Of a DNA stretch of 64,000 nt, positions 55,366-64,000 are shown piece after piece (positions within the stretch are counted from its first letter, which is position 1; each line of letters starts with the position of its first letter). The position numbers and the translations under genes were made by a program. The notes beneath the pieces were generated by a model. That model saw only the letters and a program-made list of their open reading frames with translations, did not search any database and had not been told where the DNA came from. Location of the stretch: the NCBI RefSeq assembly GCF_006345805.1, contig NC_042998.1, positions 159,278,001 to 159,342,000 of the forward strand, given 5' to 3'. The DNA comes from Octopus sinensis (taxonomy: Eukaryota).

Positions 55366-55539
55366 ATGAAACGAAGAACTTAACATCGAGTGCAAATGTG
55401 TAATCAACCCAAAAAGACAATCGATCGCGGTAATTATTCCCAGCTCTAGCAAAATTAGAATATAGGACATGATCGATCGGTAATTATGTTCATTTGGTAT
55501 GAGAAGTGGTGCAAAAATGTTCTAAATTCAGTATATAAT

Positions 55540-55880
55540 AAAATATCCAGCTCCAGTAATCTGGAACATTATTGTCGAAGCTCTCAAGAACTTCAAAGCA
55601 AGCCATCCAAATATAACTACCGAAGACAAGAAAGAAAATATTTGTATTTTGATACTCGTCGTGATCCCTCTAAACTGAAACAATTCTGGAACGAAAACTT
55701 GAGACTATCAAAGTATTTGTATCTTGAACTAAAACAAGTTTCATATCGGTATAAAAAGTAAAAGTAGTACCAATTATAATTGGGATACTAAGTATGTTAA
55801 AGTAAATTATGAACAAATATATATCAAAACTATGCCAAAGTTTCCAACAGTCCAAAAGCTAGCCTCGGTGTATACAAAAC
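55540..55880 (+). pseudogene. Degraded RLE-type (R4/Dong-like) LINE C-terminus
   Basis: Fragments W..IVEA..KASHP.I..EDKKENICILI.V.IP and ...VVPIIIGILS (VPIIIG motif) across frames. Confidence 0.45.
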
Positions 55881-56608
55881 CCACAAAGTGTATACTTCCT
55901 TCAGTACATTCACTGTATAACAGAGCGCAATACATACTCCATACAGTCATCTTCCAATACTACAATTCAGCTCACACAGCACTCTACTTATTCACCATTT
56001 AATAAAAATAAGACATTACATTCTTACATAATCGATATATGGCGCCATGATACAACCTCTGCTCCACCAATAAATCTCACTATTTTTTTTTAAATAGCTA
56101 CCTAACACTATAATACAGTTCGCATAACACATTCTACATAATCACCATCCATCACTTAGCACAAACAAAACACAATGACCACCCAACACAATATTGCAAC
56201 CCACAAATTAACATGAGAAACCACAAAATAGATGCTACAACAAATCAAAGTAGATGTAACATACAGATCCAACTGTACATCCCCAAAAGACAATTGACAT
56301 GTTTCAGAAAGACGGAGCACATTGCAATAACACGTGTTACAATAGTAGCTCATATCAAACCGTTGAAAGCATGATATTAATAATTGTGAGGAGCAAGGCT
56401 AATCGATGTTAACGACACCACTACTTAACTGGTGCTATATTTTATGGCCCCAAATGGATCAAAGGTAAAGTTCACTACGACGGGATTTAACCTCAAAAGA
56501 TAAAGACCTGTAACAGATACTGCAAGGCGCACTTGACCGACGTTGTAACGAGTCTGCAAATGTTCCACCTTCATGATGATGACAGCAACCATTATTATTA
56601 TTATTTTT

Positions 56609-57108
56609 GAGTGAAAGAGCAATGCATGCCATCAAAGAGACACTGGAGTACAAATATACGAAGCCCATCATGACTACCGTCCGATAAGGCACATGCATCA
56701 CAGCCATATGTGCGCAAACCTGCCGACCAAGGTTGACTTTGCTTTTTATCCTCCCGGGGCCAATAAATCAAGTACCAATGAAATAATGGGGACGATGTAC
56801 TCGACTAGTAAAGAAAAAATAATAGATAAATGTTTCCTTCTCGTACTATGCCATGCTCATGAGGGTCGGTTTCTCGGTTTCAAGATAAACAGCGGTTGAC
56901 CTCGAAAGTGGGGCCCAGTTAAAATTTTCTTCAAAAAGTTCCTGAATAAGGGTTGTTTATAAATGATGAACGAAACACCTCTCAACGGAGCACCTCTCAC
57001 TCAACTCATCCCTTAACTGGTTATGGTCAAGCAACTGATAAGCCAATCTGTGGTATTGAGTAGAATATTAGCTGTAACCTATCGTTTTATACCAAAACAA
57101 AACATGCA

Positions 57109-57110
<2 letters not shown>
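56609..57110 (-). mobile_element. ~555-bp retroposon copy C (deleted, interrupted by SINE pieces)
   Basis: GAGTGAAAGAGCAATGCATGCCATCAAAG... end in an ATT tract; the internal 56730-56890 is SINE-derived. Confidence 0.7.
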
Positions 57111-57189
<79 letters not shown>

Positions 57190-57200
57190 CATTATTGTTA

Positions 57201-57244
<44 letters not shown>

Positions 57245-57262
57245 CATTATTATTATTATTAA

Positions 57263-57310
<48 letters not shown>

Positions 57311-57311
57311 T

Positions 57312-57763
57312 GAGTGAGACAGCAGTGCATGCCATCAAAGTCACACTGGAGTAAAATATTCGAAGCCCAGTATACTCATCATGACGACTCGTCTGATAAG
57401 GGTACACCAGGTATCACAACCATATGTGCACAACGTGGTGATCTCATATCAAGATATACAGCGCGTGGCCTTGTAGGTGGGGTCCAGTTAGAATTTTCTT
57501 CAGGTCGATTAGCCCATCCGCTCAAAAGGTCTCTGAGTAAGGTTTGTTTAGGGATCTTGAACGAAACACTCATATTTCCAAAGTTGAATTATCCAAACCC
57601 CAAAGAATTCGTCTTAACACATGGCTATGATGCTCTCCCACTACTTCTGCTCGTGATCAGAGATGCACACATTGTCAGCCACTAAGGGACATGCCCAACG
57701 GGTTAAGGTCAAACAATAGACAAGCAAATATGTGGTATTGAGCAGAATATTTGCTGTAGCCCA

Positions 57764-57765
<2 letters not shown>
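57312..57765 (-). mobile_element. ~555-bp retroposon copy D (5'-truncated)
   Basis: Shared 3' end, truncated at GATGGGCTACAGC; ATT tracts on both sides. Confidence 0.8.
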
Positions 57766-57797
<32 letters not shown>

Positions 57798-57798
57798 G

Positions 57799-57975
57799 AG
57801 GGCGGCGAGCTGTCAGAATCGTTAGCTCGCCAGACAAAATGCTTATCGGTATTTCGCCCGTCTTTACATTCTAAGTTCAGATTCCACCGAGGTCGACTTT
57901 GCCTTTCATCCTCTCGGGATCGATAAACCAAGTACCAGTGAAATAATGGAGTCGATGTACTCGGCAAGTAAGACA
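57799..57975 (+). mobile_element. SINE family B
   Basis: GGCGGCGAGCTGTCAGAATCGTTAGC...GAGGTCGACTTTGCCTTTCATCC. Confidence 0.7.
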
Positions 57976-58009
57976 AAAATAATAAATAAATGTTTCTTTC
58001 TCGAACCAT

Positions 58010-58230
58010 GCCAGGCTCATGAGGGCCGGTTTCCCGGTTTCAATAGCGTATATATTCCCCACCTGGACAGGATTACTCATTTTTGCCAGCTAAGTGGACT
58101 GGCTGGAGCAACGTGTAATGAAATGTTTTTCACAAAAACACAAGAACAACGCGTCGCCCAGTCTAGGAATCGAAATCACAAACTTACGATCATGATTTCA
58201 ACACCCTAATCACTAAGCCACACGTCTCCA
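58010..58230 (-). mobile_element. tRNA-derived SINE (family C-like head)
   Basis: Minus-strand head GGAGACGTGTGGCTTAGTGATTAGGGTG...TTTCGATTCCTAGAC. Confidence 0.55.
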
Positions 58231-58299
58231 CAACTCGACTAGTTTGCTTCCCCAAAATTTCAGGCCTTGTGCTTTTAGTAGAAAGGATTATTATTATTT

Positions 58300-59091
58300 C
58301 TCTTTATCACAGATTTTGTTGGAGCTCCTGGAGTCTTATATGTGTTACGGGTTTGCTACCTGCAGCTTGCGGTACCATGCTATCCATTTTTTTCAGCTAT
58401 CTAATACTTTTCTGATTATTCTGGCCGTGTCAAGGAGGCAAACCTTTTGTAACAGTTCTACTGGGCAATTTCTTCTAATTTCTTTCATATTTTCCTTGAT
58501 GCCTTCTGATACTGATCCCAAGAACCCATCTATAATTGGCACTATCTTCACTTTCATTTTCCGTAGCCGGGCTATTTTGTACTTAAGAGGATTGTATTTA
58601 TCTATATTTTCGCCTACTTTCTTGACTATTCGTGGGTCAAAAGGGGCAGGTAACATCAACTATATAGCATATATAGTGCACCTTGTTCTCCATCACAAGG
58701 TCCGGTCTGTTATGCTCTAGCACCTGATCTGTTTGGATTGGGAAATCCCAAAGGATTTTGCTAGTCTCCGACTCCACCATTCTCTGCGTTTTGTGCTCAT
58801 ACCACGTTTGCCTCACTCTAGCCCCCACTTTTCGCACAGTTTCCAATGTAGCACTTTCGCAACCTGGTCGTGTCACAACTTGTACTGGTTTTGAGCAAGT
58901 CTAGAGCATTCGGTCATGATATCATCCACTCTATTGCAGATGCGGCATGGCGGAGACACTTGCTCATTCCTAAAGTTGACCCTCCAGTTTGTGACCTAAG
59001 CTTGGTCTTGCACTGCCAGTATAGTGCTCTCGGTCACTTTTTGTAGTGTTCCTTTCATCAGCCAATTCCACCTATTTTTCCAGCAATTTCT

Positions 59092-59095
<4 letters not shown>
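58300..59095 (-). pseudogene. R4/Dong-like LINE 3' fragment: CCHC knuckle + restriction-like endonuclease
   Basis: WNWLMKGTLQKVTESTILAVQDQ; CRICNRVD..ECSRLAQ..YK..HDQVAKVLHWKLC; WYEHK...KILWDFPIQTD..LEHNRPDLV...IVDVTCPFD; EN.DKY..LK..IARL...VPII.G.LG...LLQK..LL.TARIIRKVL. Confidence 0.88.
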
Positions 59096-59140
<45 letters not shown>

Positions 59141-59148
59141 GCAATAAC

Positions 59149-59192
<44 letters not shown>

Positions 59193-59209
59193 TAGTAATA
59201 GTAATAGTA

Positions 59210-59252
<43 letters not shown>

Positions 59253-59283
59253 TGATGATGATGATGATGATGATGATATAATG

Positions 59284-59338
<55 letters not shown>

Positions 59339-59372
59339 TGATGATGATGATGATGATAATAATAATAATAAA

Positions 59373-59847
59373 GTCTTGGTATAAAAGATGGGCTACAGCA
59401 AATATTCTGCTCAATACCACAGATTTGCTTGTCAGTTGTTTGACCTTAACCAGTTGAGCATGTCCCTTAGTGGCTGACGATATGTGCATCTCTGATCACG
59501 AGCAGAAGTAGTGGGGGAGCATCATAGCCATGTGTTGAGAGGGATTCTTTGGGGTTTGAATAGTTCACCTCTGGAAACATGGGTGGTTCTTTCAACATTC
59601 TTAAACACCCTTTATTCAGGGACCGTTTGAGCGGGATGGGCTACTCAACCTGAAGAAAATTCTAACTGGGCCCCACCTGCAAGGTCATGTGCTGTTTATC
59701 TTGATATGAGATCACCATGTCGCGCACATATTGTTGTGATGCATGTGCCTGGTGTACCTTTATCAGACGGGTAGTCATGATGGGTATATTGGGCTTCGTA
59801 TATTTTACCCCAGTGTCACTTTGATGGCATGAATTGCTCTCTCACTC
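59373..59847 (+). mobile_element. ~555-bp retroposon copy E (5'-truncated)
   Basis: Shared CTCTCTCACTC(AAT)n 3' end. Confidence 0.85.
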
Positions 59848-59860
59848 AATAATAATAATA

Positions 59861-59927
<67 letters not shown>

Positions 59928-59930
59928 TAA

Positions 59931-60484
59931 AATGCCCTGATGCAGTACCAGTCAGTGGCTCTCGTGGTTTCTGATTTTAATTGATTGGAAGTGTTATCAT
60001 GTACATTGTTTTGTCTTGGTATAAAAAATGGGCTACAGCAAATATTCTGCTCAATACCACAGATTTGCTTGTCTATTACTTGACCTTAACCAGTTGAGCA
60101 TGTCCCTTAGTGGCTGACGATGTGTGCATCTCTGACCAAGAGCAGAAGTAGTGGGAGAGCATCATAGCCATGTGCTAATAGGAATACTTTGGGGTTTGAA
60201 TAATTCACCCATGGAAACATGAGTGTTTCGTTCAGCATCCTTAAACAACCCTTATTCAGGGACCTATTGAGCAGGATGGGCTACTCGACCTGAAGAAAAT
60301 TCTAACTGGACCCTACCTGCAAGGTCATATGCTGTTTATCTTGATATGAAATCATGTCGCGCACATATGGCTGTGATGCATGTGCTGGGTGTACCCTTAT
60401 CAGACGGGTAGTCATGATGAGTATACTGGGCTTCGAATATTTTACCCCAGTGTCACTTTGATGGCATGCACTGCTCTCTCACTC
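59931..60484 (+). mobile_element. ~555-bp retroposon copy F (full length)
   Basis: AATGCCCTGATGCAGTACC...CTCTCTCACTC(AAT). Confidence 0.85.
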
Positions 60485-60524
60485 AATAAGAATAATAATG
60501 ATAATAACAATTATTATTATTATT

Positions 60525-60929
60525 ATCATTCAGTAGTTTTATTTTTATAGCGTGCTTTCACTTCACTACCGAGCGCAGCTCTGTGCCTTGGGAATGTGCT
60601 GTGCTTTGTTGTGATGCTCTGATGGTTACGGTATTGAAAGTGTTTTGCGTAGGATGTGGGCAGTGCCCAGTAGTGCAATTTTCTGTATCTTATATATGTT
60701 TGTAAGTCCGGGTATTTTTGTTATGTATTTGTCAGAATATTTTTTTATCATGCCTAATGCACCTACTATGATAGGAATTGCTTCTGTTTTTAGACTACAC
60801 ATTCAGGTTACCTCTATTTCCAGGTCTTTGTATTTTGAAAGTTTCTCCATTTCTTTTAGAGACACGTTGTCATCTGCTGGTATTGATACATCAATTAGAA
60901 AGCATTTTTTCTTCATGATCTCTGACAAC

Positions 60930-60930
<1 letters not shown>
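60525..60930 (-). pseudogene. RLE-type (R4/Dong-like) LINE 3' end with 3' UTR
   Basis: KKCFLIDVSIPADDNVSLKEMEKLSKYKDLEIE...IPIIVGALG...IQKIALLGTAHILRKTLSIP*; the UTR ends in ACTACTGAAT(GATAAT). Paralogue at 62500-62765. Confidence 0.88.
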
Positions 60931-60978
<48 letters not shown>

Positions 60979-61027
60979 GTTGTTGTTGTTTTTGTTGTTG
61001 TTGTTGTTGTTGCTGTTGTTGTTATTA

Positions 61028-61700
61028 TCAAAAATTATGCGCGTTAATGAAGAAAACAGCGAACGTATTAAACTAGAAACCGGTGAATTAGAGGATGTAG
61101 CCGAGTTTACATATTTAGGTAGTAAGATAAGGTTTTCAGGCGGCACCGACGAAGATATTAAGACGAGAATAAGTAAGGCAAAGACCGCTTTTCACCTGTT
61201 AAAGAAAGTATGGAGCGCAAGTGTAATTTCATTAAAGAACAAAATAAGAAATTTTGACACTAACATAAAAGTGGTGTTATTGTATGGGGCTGAGACATGG
61301 CGAACAACAGTTAAGTCAAATAAGCAAATATAATCATTCATCAACAGATGCTTGCGTAGTATACTTAAAATTAGATGGCCCGAACACATAAGCAATATGG
61401 AGCTATGGCAAAGAACAAATCAAGTTTCGATTAGGAGCAAATATTTAAGAAAAAGTGGAAGTGGATTGGTAGCACAATTAGAAAAGACACACCAAATGTA
61501 GCGAAAGTGTTTTACAGTGGAAACCGGATGGATATAGAAAGAGAGGTAGGCCTAAGAACTAGTGGCGTAGATCAACACAAAAGGAACTAGAGAAAGGGGA
61601 ACATTCATGGCAGAGTATAAGTACAGAAGTCAAAAATTATGCGACATGGAATTCAACTATAAGTGGCCTATATTCCGCGTTGGAGGGTTAAATGCATAAA
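61028..61700 (+). pseudogene. RTE-clade LINE 3' fragment
   Basis: LEDVAEFTYLGS...GGTDEDIKTRISKAKTAF...LLYGAETW...FINRCLRSILKIRWPEHISNMELW; AT-rich tail near 61700. Confidence 0.88.
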
Positions 61701-61714
61701 AACATTATTATTAT

Positions 61715-62104
<390 letters not shown>

Positions 62105-62149
62105 CTATACTCACAACAGATCAGACTGTTAGAATAGAAACAATCCTAA

Positions 62150-62230
62150 CATTGGGCTACAAAAAACCTTAGATGCCAAGAAACTAGAAACAGAGTAATA
62201 GAAGCTAGAAAGCCTGATTTAGTAGTAGTG

Positions 62231-62300
<70 letters not shown>

Positions 62301-62490
62301 ATAAAGAGAATAGAAAGTGCCAGATAATTGACTCTACAGTCCCAAATGAGAAAATCAATATGAAATGTAGAGAGAAAATAGCAAAGTACCAGGACTTATC
62401 CATTGAATAACAGAGACTACGGAAAGTGCGGGTAAAATGTATCCCAATAGTTATAGGTGCATTAGAACTAGCCTTGCACCAAAATTTGAA
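62150..62490 (+). pseudogene. RLE-type LINE endonuclease fragment with in-frame (GTA)n expansion
   Basis: ARKPDL(V)n DKENRKCQIIDSTVP...EKIAKYQDLSIE...CIPIVIGALE. Confidence 0.75.
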
Positions 62491-62499
62491 TTATTATTA

Positions 62500-62762
62500 T
62501 TATTCAGTGTTTTTTTTATATATTGTGCTTTCACTTCACTACCGAGCGCAGCTCTGTGTGCCTTGGGTATGTGCTGTGTTTTGTTGTGATGCTCTGATGG
62601 TTACTGTATTGAAAGTGTTTTGCGTAGGATGTGGGCAGTGCCCAGCAGTGCAATTTTCTGTATGTTTTATGTGTTTGTAAGTCCTGGTGTTTTTGTTAAG
62701 TATTTATCTGAATATTTTTTTATCATGCCTAATGCACCTACTATGATAGGAATTGTTTCTGC

Positions 62763-62765
<3 letters not shown>
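62500..62765 (-). pseudogene. RLE-type LINE 3' end, paralogue of 60525-60790
   Basis: AETIPIIVGALGMIKKYSDKYLTKTPGLTN..NIQKIALLGTAHILRKTLSIQ* and the same 3' UTR. Confidence 0.85.
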
Positions 62766-63725
<960 letters not shown>

Positions 63726-63734
63726 TTATTATTA

Positions 63735-63781
<47 letters not shown>

Positions 63782-64000
63782 CATCATTTCATCATTGTTG
63801 TTGTTGTTATTTTTTTTAAGAAGAAGATGAAGATCGTCATCATCATCACTACCATCATCATCAATCAACAAATCTGAACTCACATAAGATGGAAAGAGAT
63901 TGTGAAGAACACCTGATTATCATAGCATCGTGGGACCGCACTGATAGCAAGATCAAAACCTGACATAACGAAAAAAAATAGCCTTTCATTCATTTGATGA

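Overview
Eukaryotic, AT-rich, repeat-saturated DNA with no recognisable host protein-coding exon. The microsatellite load and SINE families point to a coleoid cephalopod, most likely Octopus (inference, not verified). Almost all ORFs in the supplied track are translations of (TA)n, (CA)n, (TACA)n, (GATA)n or (AAT)n tracts. The interpretable content is mobile DNA: a hAT end, a non-autonomous Helitron, Tc1 and mariner relics, a pogo/Tigger-type MITE, several Penelope-like elements (PLEs; one nearly full-length RT + GIY-YIG copy at 18.4-21 kb), RTE and R4/Dong-like (restriction-like endonuclease, RLE) LINE 3' ends, and at least three tRNA-derived SINE families. The most notable unannotated signal is a dense set of type I hammerhead ribozyme (HHR) motifs from several unrelated repeat families. 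Three have intact cores and stems by eye (2061-2152 minus, 2499-2591 plus, 38336-38385 minus). Others sit in a composite module of tRNA-like Pol III promoter + (AAT)n + hammerhead, and in a hairpin cassette found in both orientations. A second system is a ~555-bp non-coding retroposon that always sits in (AAT)n tracts and clusters with R4/Dong-like LINE ends at 55-64 kb. All folds and alignments were done by eye; no search or folding program was run.
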